Part shown: one piece after another, positions 26,342-38,980 of the stretch | Layout: each line of letters opens with the position of its first letter | Numbering within the stretch: the stretch's first letter is position 1 | NCBI RefSeq assembly: GCF_963921235.1 | Contig: NC_086108.1 | Coordinates: 114,206,001 to 114,270,000, forward strand | DNA: 64,000 nucleotides | Direction of reading: 5' to 3' | Source of the DNA: Mobula hypostoma | Taxonomy: Eukaryota | Program-made: the position numbers and the translations under genes | Notes under the pieces: generated by a model | The model's input: the letters and a program-made list of their open reading frames with translations, nothing else | What the model was told of the DNA's origin: nothing | Databases searched by the model: none

Positions 26342-28178
26342 TGGCCACTGTATTAGGTACAGCTACACAACTGCTTGATAAAGCAATTGAGACGCAATCT
26401 CAATGGCTCTCCACACGGCTTTAGACCACCTGGACAGCACAAACACCTTTGTCAGGATGCTGTTTATCAACTATAGCTCAGCATCTAACACCATCATTCC
26501 CACAATCCTGATTGAGAAGTTGCAGAACCTGGGCCTCTGTACCTCCCTCTGCAATTGGATCCTCGACTTCCTAACCGGACGACCACAATCTGTATGGATT
26601 GGTGATAAAGTATCCTCCTCGCTGATGATCAACACTGGCGCACCTCAGGGGTGTGTGCTTAGCCCACTGCTCTACTCTCTCTATACCCATGACTGTGTGG
26701 CCAGGCATAGCTCAAATACCATCCATAAATTTGCTGACAATACAACTATTGTTGGTAGAATCTCAGGTGGTGATGAGAGGGCGTACAGGAGTGAGATATG
26801 CCAACTAGTGGAGTGGTGCTGCAGCAACAACCTGGCACTCAACATCAGTAAGACGAAAGAGCTGATTGTGGATTTCAGAAAGAGTAAGATGAAGGAACAC
26901 ATACCAATCCTAAAAGAGGGATCAGAGGTAGAGAGAGTGAGCAGCTTCAAGTTCCTGGGTGTCAAGACCTCTGAGGATCTAACCTGGTTCTAACATATCG
27001 ATGTAGTTATAAAGAAGGCAAGACAGTGACTATACTTTATAAGGAGTTTCAGCATGTCAATAAATACGCTCAAAAACTTCTATAGTTGTTCCGTGGAGAG
27101 CATTCTGACAGGCTGCATCACTGTCTGGTATGGAGGGGCTACTGCACAGGACCGAAAGAAGCTGCAGAAGGTTGTAAATCTAGTCAGCTCCATCTTGGGT
27201 ACTAGCCTACAAAGTACCCAGGATATATTTAGGGAGCAGTGTCTCAGAAAGGCAGCGTCCATTATTAGGGACCTCCAGCACCCAGGGCATGCCCTTTTCT
27301 CACTGTTTCCATTAGGTAGGAGGTACAGAAGCCTGAAGGCACATACTCAGCGATTCAGGAACAGCTTCTTCCCCTCTGCCATCTGATTCCTAAATGGACA
27401 TTGAATCTTTGGACACCACCTCACTTTTTTTTAATATGTAGTTTTTCTGTTTTTGTATGTTTTTTTATTCTATTCAATATATAATTGATTTACTTGCTTA
27501 TTTATTATTATATTTTTAAAATTTTATTTATTATTTTTATTATTATTTTCTCTGCTAGATTATGTATGGCATTAAACTGCTGCTGCTAAGTTAACAAATT
27601 TCACGTCACATGCCGTTGATAATAAACCTGATTCTGATTCTGATTCTAATGCAAATATCTAATCAGCCAATCATCTGGCAGCAACTCAATGCATAAAAGC
27701 ATGCAGACATGGTCAAGAGGTTTAGCTGTTGTTCAGACCAAACATCAGAATGGGGAGGAAATGTGATCTAAGTGACTTGGACTGCGGAATGATTGTTGGT
27801 GCTAGACAAGGTGGTTGAATATCTCTGAAACTGCTGATCTCCTGGGATTTTCACACACACCAGTCTCTAGTGTTTACAGAGAATGGTGTGAAAAGTAAAT
27901 ATATCCAGTGAGCGTGAGCTGCATTTCTGTGATCTTAACTACATCGTTAATGAGAGAGGTCAGAGGAGAATGGCCAGACTGGTTTTAGCTGACAGGAAGG
28001 TGACAGTAACGCAAATAACCACGCATTACAACAGTGGTGTGTAGAGGAGCATCTCTGAACGCACAGAACATCGAACCTTGAAGTGGATGGGCTGCAGCAG
28101 CGGAAGACCACGAACATGCACTCTGTGGCCGGTTTATTAGGTACAGACGGTACTGAAGAAGTGGCTGCCAAGTGTGTA
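26342..28178 (+). mobile_element. Non-autonomous Tc1-derived element split by a Rex1 insertion
   Basis: Starts tggccactgtattaggtac. Transposase N-terminus MGRKCDLSDLDCGMIVGAR..ISETADLLGFSHT at about 27750-27890. A related fragment lies at about 53570-53680. Confidence 0.7.
26385..27647 (+). mobile_element. Rex1/Babar-type LINE, 5'-truncated
   Basis: [38 protein letters not shown]; (ctgatt)n tail. Confidence 0.88.
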
Positions 28179-28257
28179 GTTGTTGGATTTAAAGTTAACA
28201 AGTAGCCTGGCGGTTTGAGGTTGAGTTTTGCAGAATTCACTCAGCCTCTCTGGGTGT

Positions 28258-28480
28258 AACATGCGCAAAATGCTGGAGGAATTCAGCAGGTCAGGCAGTG
28301 TCAATGGAGGGGAATAAACAGTCGCCATTTTGGGTTGAGACCCTTCATCAGGACTGGAAAGGAAAGAGGAAGAAACCAGAATAAGAGTGTGGGGGGAGGG
28401 GAAGGAGGACAAATTGGCAGGTGATAGGTGAGACCGGATGAGGGAGAAGGTGCGTGGGGGAGGGGAATAAAGAGGAACGG
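28258..28480 (-). mobile_element. Penelope-like terminal repeat fragment with degenerate hammerhead core
   Basis: The - strand reads cagtcCTGATGAagggtctcaacccAAAAtggcgac, with GAAA mutated. Confidence 0.65.
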
Positions 28481-28489
28481 GCGTCGGAG

Positions 28490-30020
28490 TAGTGGGAGAC
28501 AGAGTAGGAAGGCTTTGGCTCAACGGGGCTTCGGCGATAAGGGGTCGAGGCCAGGTAGGTTATCTGTTTAAAATAAAGACAGACAGTATGTATGTGAGGC
28601 CAGTTTTCTGTGCTTGGTGTCAGATGTGGGAAGTCCTAGAGACGTCCGGCCTCCCAGACGACCACATCTGCACCAGGTGTGTCGAGCTGCAGCACCTTAG
28701 GAACCATGTTAGGGAACTGGAGCTGCAACTCGATAACCTTCATCTGGTCAGGGAGAGTGAGGAGGTGATAGAGAGGAGCTATAGGCAGGTAGTCACCCTG
28801 GGACTACAAGGGACAGAGAAATGGGTAATAGTCAGGAGAGGGAAGGGCAAGAATAGGTGCTAGAGAGTACCCCAGTGGCTGCCCCCCTAAATAATAAGTA
28901 TTCCTGCTTGAGTACTGTTGGGGGAGATGGCCTACCTGAGGGAAGCAACAGTAGTCGTGCCTCTGGCACAGAGTCCGGCCCTGTAGCTCAGATAGGTGGG
29001 GAAAGGACGAGGAAGGCAGCAGTGATAGGGGACTCTATAGTTAGAGGGTCAGATAGGCAATTCTGTGGACGCAGGAAAGAAAAGCAGATGGTAGTTTGCC
29101 TCCCAGGTGCCAGGGATGTTTCAGATTGCATCCACGATATCCTGAAGTGGGAAGGAGAACAGCCAGAGGTCATGGTACATATTGGTACTAACAACATAGG
29201 TAGGAAAAGGGAGGAGGTCCTGAAAAAAGACTACAGGGAGTTAGGAAAGAATTTGAGAAGCAGGACCTCAAAGGTAGTAATCTCAGGATTACTGCCTGTG
29301 CCACGTGACAGTGAGTATAGGAATAGAATGAGTTGGAGGATAAATGCGTGGCTGAGGGATTGGAGCAGGGGGCAGGGATTCAGATTTCTGGATCATTGGG
29401 ACCTCTTTTGGGGCAGGTCTGACCTGTACAAAAAGGATGGGTTACACTTGAATATCCTAGCTGGGAGGTTTGCAAAGGCTGTTGGGGAGAGTTTAAACTA
29501 GAATTGCTGGGGATGGGAACTGAACTGAAGTGACGGAGGAAAGGGAGGTTAGCTCACAAATAGAGAAAGTTTAGAGACAGTACGAAAGGGAGGATAAGCA
29601 GGTGATAGAGAAGGGACCCACTCAGTGCGATGGTTTGAGATGTGTCTGTTTTAATGCGAGGAGTGTCATGAATAAAGCAGATGAGTTTAGAGCGTGGATC
29701 AGTACTTGGAGCTATGATGTGGTGGCCATTACAGAGACTTGGATGGCTAGGGAGCAGGAATGGTTACTTCGAGTGCCAGGCTTTAGATGTTTCAGAAAGG
29801 ACAGGGAGGGAGGCAAAAGAGGTGGGGGTGTGGCACTGCTGATCACAGATAGTGTCATGGCTACAGAAAAGGAGGAAGTCATGGAGGGGTTGTCTACGGA
29901 GTCTCTGTGGGTGGAATTTAGGAATAGGAAGGGGTCAATAACTCTACTGGGTGTTTTTTATAGACAACCTAATAGTGACAGGGACATCAAGGAGCAGATA
30001 GGGAGACAAATTCTGGATTG
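28490..30020 (+). mobile_element. CR1 LINE 5' part: ORF1 (zinc finger/leucine zipper plus SGNH esterase) and APE start
   Basis: CAWCQMW..HICTRC, VIGDSIVR, HIGTNN, DGLHLN; then CFNARS, AITETW, GGGVALL. Truncated at the Tc1. Confidence 0.88.
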
Positions 30021-31520
30021 TTTTTGACACTGATCAACAAAGAAATACTCTTTCGTGTCAAAGTGAAAACAGATCTCTGTGAAGTGATCTAAATTAATTA
30101 ATTACAAACATTAAATACATAATATATTTATGGATTGCATAAGTATCCACCCCATTCAAGTCAATATTTAGTAGATGCACCTTTGTCGCAATTACAGCCT
30201 TGAGTCTGTGTGGATAGGTCTCTATCAGCTTTGCACATCTGGATTCTGCAATTTTTCCCTATTCTTCTTTACAAAGCTGCACAAACTCTGTCAGATTTGG
30301 GGATTGTGAGGAATAGTTCTTTTCAAGTCCAGCCACAAATTCCCAATTGGATTGAGTCTGGACTCTGACTTGGCCACCCCAGGACATTAACTTTGTTGTG
30401 TTTTAAGCCATTTCTGTGTAGCTTTGGCTTTATGCTCAGGGTCATTGTCTTGCTGGAAAACAAATCTCCCAAGTCGCAGTTCTCTTGCAGACTGCATCAG
30501 GTTTTCCTCCAGGATTTCCCTCTATTTTGCTGAATTTATTTTACCCTCTACCTTCACAAGCCTTCCGGGGCCTGCTGCAGTGAAGCATCCCCACAGCATG
30601 GTGTGTTTTTGATGATGTCTGGTATTTGGCTTATGCCAAATATAGCGTTTAGTCTGATGGCCAGAAAGCTCAATTTTGGTTTCATCAGCGCATTGAACCT
30701 TCTTCCAGCTGATTTCAGAGCCTCCAACAAGCCTTCTGGCGAACTCCAGACAAGATTTCTTGTGTTTTTTTTCAACAGTGGCTTCCTCTTTGCCACTGTC
30801 CCATAAAGCTGCAACTGGTGAAGCACCCGGGCAACAGTTGTATACACAGTCTCTCCCATCTCAGCCACTGAAGCTTGTAACTCCTCCGGAGTTGTCATAG
30901 GTCTCTTGGTGGCCTCCCTCACTAGTCCCCTTCTTGCACGGTCACTCAGTTTTTGAGGACGGCCTTCTCCGGGCAGATTTACAGCTGTGCAATATTCTTT
31001 CCATTTCTCAATGATTGACTTAACTGTACTCCAAGGAATATTCAGTGACTTGGAAACTTTCTTGTATCCATCTCCTGACTTGTACTTTTCAATAACCTTT
31101 TCTCGAATCACATGAAGTGTTCTTTTGTCTTCATGGTGTAGTTTTTGCCAGGATACTAACTCACCAGTAGTTGAACCTTCCATATACAGGTGTATTTTTA
31201 CGACAATCAGTTGAAACTCCTTGATTCCACTTGGTGATCACCATTGAACTAATTATGTGACTTCTAAAACCAATTGGCTGCCCCAGTGCTGATCTGGTGT
31301 GTCATATCGGGGGGGGGGGCAGTGTATACTTATGCAATCAATTATTTTGTGTTTAATATTTGTAATTAATTTAGATCTCTTTGCAGAGATCTGTTTTCAC
31401 TTTGACACTCTTTGTCTGTTGATCGGTGTGATAAAAAGTGATATTAAACCCACTGTTATCCAATGTTGTAAAGCAATAAAACACGAAACTTCCAAGGGGG
31501 TGAATACTTTATAGGCACTG
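30021..31520 (-). mobile_element. Tc1 DNA transposon, Passport-like, frameshifted, left outer TIR missing
   Basis: [60 protein letters not shown]. Long inverted repeats at about 30021-30150 and 31320-31440; end gaatactttataggcactg|TA. Confidence 0.88.
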
Positions 31521-31711
31521 TATGTGTTTGTCAGACAGGGAATGTCCAGGGAAATGGGTGTCCAGGGAATGTAAGGATATGGATCATGTACAGGTAGGAG
31601 AAATTTAGTGTAATTCAATATCTTGTTCAGCAGAAGCATTGTGGGCTGAAGGGCCTGTGTCCTGTGTTCCATCAATGCCACTCCCATAGGGTGATCCTGA
31701 GTCAGGATAAT

Positions 31712-32222
31712 CCCTCCCACAGTGTGACCCTCCCACAGTGTGAGCCTCCCTCAGTACCACCCCTCCCACAGTGTGAGCCTCCCTCAGTACCACCCCTCCC
31801 ACAGTGTGACCCTTCCTCAGTACCACCCCTCCCACAGTGTGACCCTCTCTCAGTACCACCCCCCCCACAGTATGACCCTCCCTCAGTCCCAACCGTCTCA
31901 CAGTGTGACCCTCCCTCAGTACCACCCCTCCCAGTGTGACCCTCCCTCAGTACCACCCCTCCCACAGTGTGGCTCTCCCTCAGTACCACCCCTCCCACAG
32001 TGTGACCCTCCCTCAGTACCACCCCCCCACAGTGTGACCCTCCCTCAGTACCGCCCCTCCCACAGTGTGACTCTCCCTCAGTACCACCCCTCCCACAGTG
32101 TGACCCTCCCTCAGTACCACCCCCCCATAGTGTGACCCTCCCTCAGTACCACCCCTCCCACAGTGTGACCCTCCCTCAGTACCACCCCTCCCACAGTGTG
32201 ACCCCCCCCCTCAGTACCGGCC
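31712..32222 (+). repeat. 33-bp minisatellite array (about 15 units)
   Basis: Same unit as 2893-3850. Confidence 0.95.
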
Positions 32223-32639
32223 CTCGTATAGGGTAAGCATTAGAGGACAGAGGTACGAAGATGAAGAGGAGGTTTAAAGTGATGTTTTGTGGGACTGGAA
32301 CCGATCTCGTTCACACGAGGTGTGGTTGGAGGGGGCCAATGGGAACAGATTGATTTTCAAATGTTGAAAGCATGGTTTTCAAGGGCTGAGATTGCAGAGG
32401 ATGGAAGGAGTTGATGGTGTAATCTCTGAATAAATGGATTTTGGAATAGGGAAGAGGGAAAAGTGAGGTGGGAGGGGAGTGGAGGTGGATTTTCCACATT
32501 CGATGAATGTTTCAGTCGCCCGGGAGGGGCACATTCCTCATCTTCCCAATGTTTGTTGGTGTATCCACCCTTGGACTGTATAGCGTCATGGACAAACACT
32601 GCCTGCCGTACTTTCAACAGTTCAAGGACTTCCGGTACA

Positions 32640-32831
32640 AATCAGTGACCACAAGCTCACACTGAGCGTTGGTTAACAAACATACCAGGGGCCTGATACC
32701 AGCTGTTCCTCCCTCCCCCGGGTTAAACATTAACTGCCTTCTGCACAGTTTTGTGTGAACTCATACACACGGTGCTTAAGGAAGTACGGGGCAGATCGCT
32801 GCTACTTGGAGAACAGCAGGGGCCTGTCAAC
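32640..32831 (+). promoter_or_regulatory. Putative proximal promoter/5' UTR of SLC44A2 exon 1 with HNF1-like site
   Basis: Apparently non-repetitive sequence just upstream of the ATG. GTTAAACATTAAC at 32722-32734 has 1 mismatch to the HNF1 consensus GTTAATNATTAAC. The TSS was not located. Confidence 0.4.
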
Positions 32832-32868
32832 ATGAGAAGTGAAGAGGAGGATTACTACGGGAAACATG
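32832..32868 (+). CDS. SLC44A2: Choline transporter-like protein 2, first coding exon (MRSEEEDYYGKH-G, phase 1)
   Basis: ATG at 32832, 37 nt, donor G|GTGAGT at 32869. YYGKHG matches the recalled N-terminus of human SLC44A2 (MGDERPHYYGKHG). Splices in frame to 55276. Confidence 0.88.
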
Positions 32869-33214
32869 GTGAGTGTCTCCAATTTCTGCTGAGCCCCCAC
32901 CCCACCCCATGGGGTCACGGTCATCGAGCTGCTCCTCCCTCACTCAGACTCTGATCGGCAGTGGGGCCATGCACCGAGCAGGCAGGGCTCGGGTGAGCTC
33001 TCCCTTTCTAAGTCAAGCCTCAGAGGAGAGTTGCATGTGGCGCTGTGTGGGTGGGGTAAAGGATCCGGCATTTGTCAGTGTGTTACAGACTATAGTCAGG
33101 CCCCTCAGCCCACCATGTTGTACTGACTCCCCTGTCCAGTACCCTCCTTGGTTCGTACCCTGTTCTGCCCTGGTGAATCAAGTGTTGGTTCAGATACTTT
33201 ACTTTTATTATAAA

Positions 33215-33826
33215 CCCTCCTGTACGGCTCCGAGTTGTGGGTCACCTACCGTTACCACCTACGACTCCTTGAGCGTTTCCACCAGCGCTGCCTCCACACC
33301 ATCCTGAACATCCGCTGGAGTGACTTCGTCACCAGCATTGAAGTCCTTGAACAGGCAGAGGTCACCAGCATTGAGGCCATGCTGTTGCAGACACAGCTGC
33401 GCTGGGCAGGGCACGTCTCCAGGATGGAGGATCATCGCCTGCCCAAGATTGTGCTGTATGGCGAACTCTCCACTGGCCACCATGACAGAGGGGCAGCGAA
33501 GAAGAGGTACAAGGACTCTCTGAGAAAATCCCTTGGTGCCTGTCACATTGACCATCACCAGTGGTCTAATCTAGCCTCTGATCGCGAGGCCTGGCGACAC
33601 ACCATTCACCAGTCTGCCTCCTCCTTCAAAAATGCACGCAGGGCTGGCATTGAGGACAAAAGGAGAAGGAGGAAGAACCGTGACACAGCAGCACCAAACC
33701 CAGAACAGAATTTCCCTTGCAGCCGCTGTGGCCGGACCTGTCTGTCCCGTATTGGCCTCGTCAGCCACCAGCGAGCCTGCAGAAATCTAAATCTTCGTTC
33801 GTGAAGCCAAGCCATGATGATGATGA
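33215..33826 (+). mobile_element. RTE-clade LINE 3' fragment (AviRTE-like)
   Basis: Open frame LYGSELW..LERFHQRCL..QLRWAGHVSRM..LYGEL..C2H2-like CSRCGRTCLSRIGLVSHQRAC; short UTR and (GAT)n tail. Confidence 0.85.
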
Positions 33827-33934
33827 TTATTCATTTTATTTAGAGAAACAACGTGGAGCCACGCCACACAGCAACCCAGCTATTTGACCCAAGTCCAATC
33901 ACGGGACAATTTACAAAAACCACTTAACCTACTG

Positions 33935-36190
33935 ACAAACCTTAGATCGTGTCTACACAAATGTGGCTGACGCTTACAAAGCCACTACCCTTCCCCACCT
34001 GGGACAGTCCGACCATCTTTCACAGTTTCTGCTTCCCATGTATAGCCCGGTCATTAAACGTGTGAAACCCACAATGAAGACTATTAAGATCTGGCTGGAG
34101 GGTGCTGACTCTGCTCTTCAGCACCAATTCCAGCACACAGACTGGAGTGCGTTTGCTGCCCATACCACCACAGACTCTCAGATTAACATTGATTTATATA
34201 CCAACTCTGTCCTTGAGCACATCAACAAATGTGTAGATAGACTGACATCACAAAAACAAATAAAAGTTTTCCCCAATCAGAAACCATGGATGAACAGGGA
34301 AGTTCACCTCCTGCTCAAAGCCAGAGATTCAGCCTTCAGGTCTGGAGACCGGGAGGCTTACAGCTCAGCCAGGGCCAACCTGAGGAGGCAACTCTCTCAG
34401 GCTAAACACATATACAAACAGAGAATCAAGGAGCATTTCAACTCCTCGGACCCCCGGTGCATGTGGCATGGCATACAGGTCATTACAGACTTCAAACCAC
34501 CTAGTACTGTGTCCCCTTCCAGCTCTGCTTCCCTCCCTGATGAGCTCAATTACTTCTACACTCGCTTTGACCGAGAGAACAAGGAGGTCACCCTCAAAGC
34601 GGACGTCCCACCTCGTGAACTGCTTCTCTCACTTTGTACCTCTGATGTTTGTGCTACCCTGAGCAGGGTGAATGTACAGAAGGCAGCTGGTCCAGATGGA
34701 ATACCTGGCCGTGTGCTCAGAGTCTGTGCAGGGCAGTTGGCCGGGGTCTTCACGGACATTTTTAATCTGTCCCTGGCCCAGGTGGTTGTCCCCACAAGCT
34801 TCAAGATCGCCACCATTGTGCCAGTGACGAAGCATTCCACTGCCACGGGCCTGAATGACTTCCGTCCAGTTGCACTCACCCCCATCATTGCAAAGTGCTT
34901 TGAGAGACTGGTTCTATCACATCTGAAATCCTGTCTGCCCGCTACCCTGGACCCCCATTAATTTGCCTATCGCACCAACAGGTCAACAGAGGACGCCATC
35001 TCCACAGCACTTCACTCTGTCCTGACCCACCTGGACAGCCCCAACTCTTAGTCAGAATGGTGGTCATTGACTTTAGTTTGGCATTCAATACTGTGATCCC
35101 CTCCAAGCTGATTGCCAAACTTTGCCAGCTTGATATCAGCTCATCCCTCTGCAATTGGACCTTGGACTTTCTGACTAACAGACCCCAATCAGTTAGGTTG
35201 GCTAACCTCTCCTCCTCCACTCTCACCCTGAACACTGGCGTGCCTCAAGGCTGTGTGCTGAGCCCTCTTCTGTACTCCCTTTTCACCTATGACTGTGTTC
35301 CTGTACATGGTTCTTAACTCCATAATCAAGTTCGCAGATGACACCACGGTGGTTGGCCTGATCAGAGGGGATGACAAGACGGCCTACAGGGATGAGGTCC
35401 AGCACCTGGCCGCGTGGTGTGCCGACAACAACCTGGCCCTTAACACCCAGAAGACTAAGGAGATCATTGTGGACTTCAGGCATGCTAGGAGCCACACTCA
35501 CGTCCCCATCTACATCAAATTCCTGGTGTCCACATTTCCGAGGATCTCACCTGGTCCCTAAACTCCTCCATCCTAATCAAAAAGGTGCAACAGCGCCTTT
35601 ATTTCCTGCAGAGCATCAAGAAAGCTCACCTCTGTCCCAGGATACTGATGGACTTTTACCACTGTACCATTGAGAGCATACTCACCAACTGCATCTCAGT
35701 GTGGTATGGCAATTGTCCTGTATCAGACCGCAAAGCACTCCAGCGTGTGGTGAAAACTGCCCAGCGGATTATCGGCACCCAATTGCCTACCATTGAGAAC
35801 GTCTACCATAAACGCTGCCTGGGCGGGGCGAAAATCATTATCAAGGATGCATCTCACCTTAAGCATGGACTTTTTACTCTCCTCCCATCCGGTAGGCGCC
35901 ACAGGAGCCTCTGTTCCTGCACCAGCAGGCACAGGAAGAGCTTCTTCCCTGAGGCTGTGACACTGCTGAACCTCACATCACAGCGCTAAGCAGTATTGCA
36001 CCCGTATTGTACTGTCTCAGTACTTTTATATTTGTGTGCTGTAGCACTTACTTTTTATTCACGGTTATTTTGTAAGTAACACTATTCTTTGCATTTCTTG
36101 TTAGATGCTAACTGCATTTTATTGGCTTTGTATCTGTACTCAGCACAATGACAATAAAGTTGAATCTAATCTAATCTAATCTAATCTAAT
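33935..36190 (+). mobile_element. Rex1/Babar-type LINE (APE end plus RT)
   Basis: [36 protein letters not shown]; (aatct)n tail; several stops and frameshifts. Confidence 0.9.
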
Positions 36191-36635
36191 CTGAGATATC
36201 TTTGGACTGTAGGAGGAAACCGGAGCACCCCAAGGAAACCCACTGTGCAGGGAAGGAGAAGACATGGGAATTGAACTCCACTGCCTTGAGCTGTTTTCGC
36301 ATTGCGCAAAACATTACACTCTTGTGGCATACGTTATTGAATGTCGTGAGGGTCTCTGTCCTCACCTCCCCCTCAGGATGCGAGTTCCAGATTCCAACCA
36401 ATCCCTGGGTTCATCGTTCAAAGTAAATTTATTACCAAAGTATGTATGTTCTACCATGTACTACCCTGAGAGTCATTTTCCTCCTCCATTTTTAGATTAT
36501 GAGAACACTCAGTCCTCTTTTATTGTCATTTAGAAATGCATACATGCATTAAGAAATGATACTATGTTTCCATTTACAGGAAAAAAAGAAATACAATAAT
36601 GATTTTACAAAAAAAAACTATACATACATAGAATA

Positions 36636-38305
36636 CAGGTTTCCCCCACCATCTGAAGGTAGAGCGTTCCTATGAAACAGTTCGTAAGCCGGAATGTCGT
36701 AAAGCGAAGAAGCAATTACCATTTATTTATATGGGAAAAATTTGTGAGCATTTGCAGACCCAAAAATAACCTACCAAATCATGCCAAATAACACATAAAA
36801 CCTAAAATAACAGTAACATATAGTAAAAGCAGGTATGATATGATAAATACACAGCTTATATAAATTAGAAATACTTCTCTACAACGATTGCCTGCATTGT
36901 TCTCCATAGTGAAAATCTCACGCACACGCCGTCGGCAAAAACACGGCGCAAGCGCTCACGGCAGAAAAACTCACGCAAGCACTGTTGGCAAAACACTCTC
37001 TCCAGTAACCGTTAGGCTATGAAGCTGCCAGATCATACCACTTAACACGTAAAAATACACAGCCGATATAAAGTAGAAATAATGTATGTACAGTGTAGTA
37101 TCACTTACCGGAATTGGGAACGCGCCGAGCACACTGATGATGGTGTGTTAGACTGAGTCGTTGCAGGTTGGGGTAGTGCAGTGGCCCCCACCCTCCAGGC
37201 CGCCGACTGATACCGATCCGCGAAGCATGCAGGATTACAGCGGTGGCCGGACCGCACTCAGCACATCTTTAAGAAAAAAGCCGAAATAAACATGCTAATT
37301 AATTAGGTGCCGCCCGGCATGTAATTGTCGACCCAGATCAGAGGCAATTGCAGATTACATAGAGCAAGTGAAATTGGCAATCGCTTCTGATCTGGGCCGA
37401 CATTTACGTGCCAGGAGGCACCTAATTAATTAGCATGTTTATTTCGGCTTTTTGCTTAAAGATGTGCTGTGTGCCTCCCAGCTACCGCTGCATCCTCCAC
37501 GAATCGGTATCTGTCCGCAGCCCGGGGGTTGGGGTGTCATTTCATCGTCGTCTGTTTCCATTAGGGCAGGCAGGTCATCTTCTCCTATGACTGCCCGCCT
37601 CGATGTTGAAGGTCGAGGTTCGTCGTCTGCTGTGGCTGATGTGGAAGGCTTGCTTGACTGCTTAGCCTCACGCATATTAGATCATACAGTTCTTTGTAAG
37701 CACTCAAACCATCCTGAAAATATGCCCTGAACCAACATACCCTTTCAAAATTAAAGTCGTACTTTATCATTGCAGCGAAAATCTCACGCAGTTGCTTCAC
37801 GTTCAGTTCCTGGATGGCCTCACCTTCGGTCCATTTGCTACTGTATTCGGTTTCGATTGTTATCCTTTCCTCTTCCAATTGCATCAGCTCTTCATCTATC
37901 AGTTCTTGGTCATGGGATACCAAAACCTCTTCAACATTATCTTCGTCAACTTCCACAAGCCAAACTCACGTTGTCCTTACTTCGTTCACCACGATCGAAA
38001 CGCTTAATTATGTCTAGATCTACGCTAAGTGTAACACCCTTATGAGCTCTTTTAGGCTTTTCCGATACCTTTGAACTCATCTTGCAAATGGCTGCTCACA
38101 GGCAGGTGTTTAAGCAATGCCGGCTAGAATGTAGTTCCGAATCCGGGGAAGAGCGACTGCTCGGGGCGCGCGCTGCTTTTTCTGCACACTGCTTTTTCTT
38201 GTAACAGTGAAAACACCTTCTGTTAGCGAAAAAAGGGAACTAACGTAGGTCTTTAGTAACAGTGAAGTTTCGTAAAGCGAATGTTTGAAAAGCGGGAGAC
38301 ACCTG
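36636..38305 (-). mobile_element. Tigger/pogo-type DNA transposon, internally deleted
   Basis: TA|caggtttcccc..gggagacacctg|TA termini; acidic Tigger-like C-terminus EVDEDNVEEVLVSHDQELIDEELMQLEE. Confidence 0.8.
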
Positions 38306-38344
38306 TACCAGAATCAGAGTCAGGTTTATTAGTGGGATTGAGTT

Positions 38345-38980
38345 TAAGAAGGCATACGGTGTATTGGCCTTCATTAATTGTGGAATTGAATTTAGGAGCC
38401 GAGAGGTAATGTTGTAGTTATATAGGACCCTGGTCAGACCCCACTTGGAGTACTGTGCTCAGTTCTGGTCGCCTCACTACAGGAAAGATGTGGAAGCCAT
38501 AGAAAGGGTGCAGAGGAGATTTACAAAGATGTTGCCTGGATTGGGGAGCATGCCTTATGAGGATAGGTTGAGTGAACTTGGCCTTTTCTCCTTGGAGCGA
38601 CGGAGGATGAGAGGTGACCTGATAGAGGCGTATAAGATGATGAGAGGCATTGATCGTGTGGATAGTCAGAGACTTTTTCCCAGGGCTGAAATGGCTGCCA
38701 CAAGAGGACACAGGTTTAAGGTGCTGGGGAGTAGGTACAGAGGAGATGTCAGGGGTAAGTTTTTTATGCAGAGAGTGGTGAGTGCGTGGAATGGGCTGCC
38801 GGTGACGGTGGTGGAGGCGGATACAATAGGGTCCTTTAAGAGACTCCTGGATAGGTACATGGAGCTTAGAAAAATAGAGAGCTATAGGTAACCCCAGGTA
38901 ATTTCTAAGATAAGACCATGTTCGGCACAGCTTTGTGGGCTGAAGGGGCTGTATTGTGCTGTAGGTTTTCTATGTTTCAA
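38345..38980 (+). mobile_element. CR1 LINE 3' fragment
   Basis: EYCAQFWSPHYRKD..RGDLIE..AWNGLP open frame plus 3' UTR. Confidence 0.9.
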
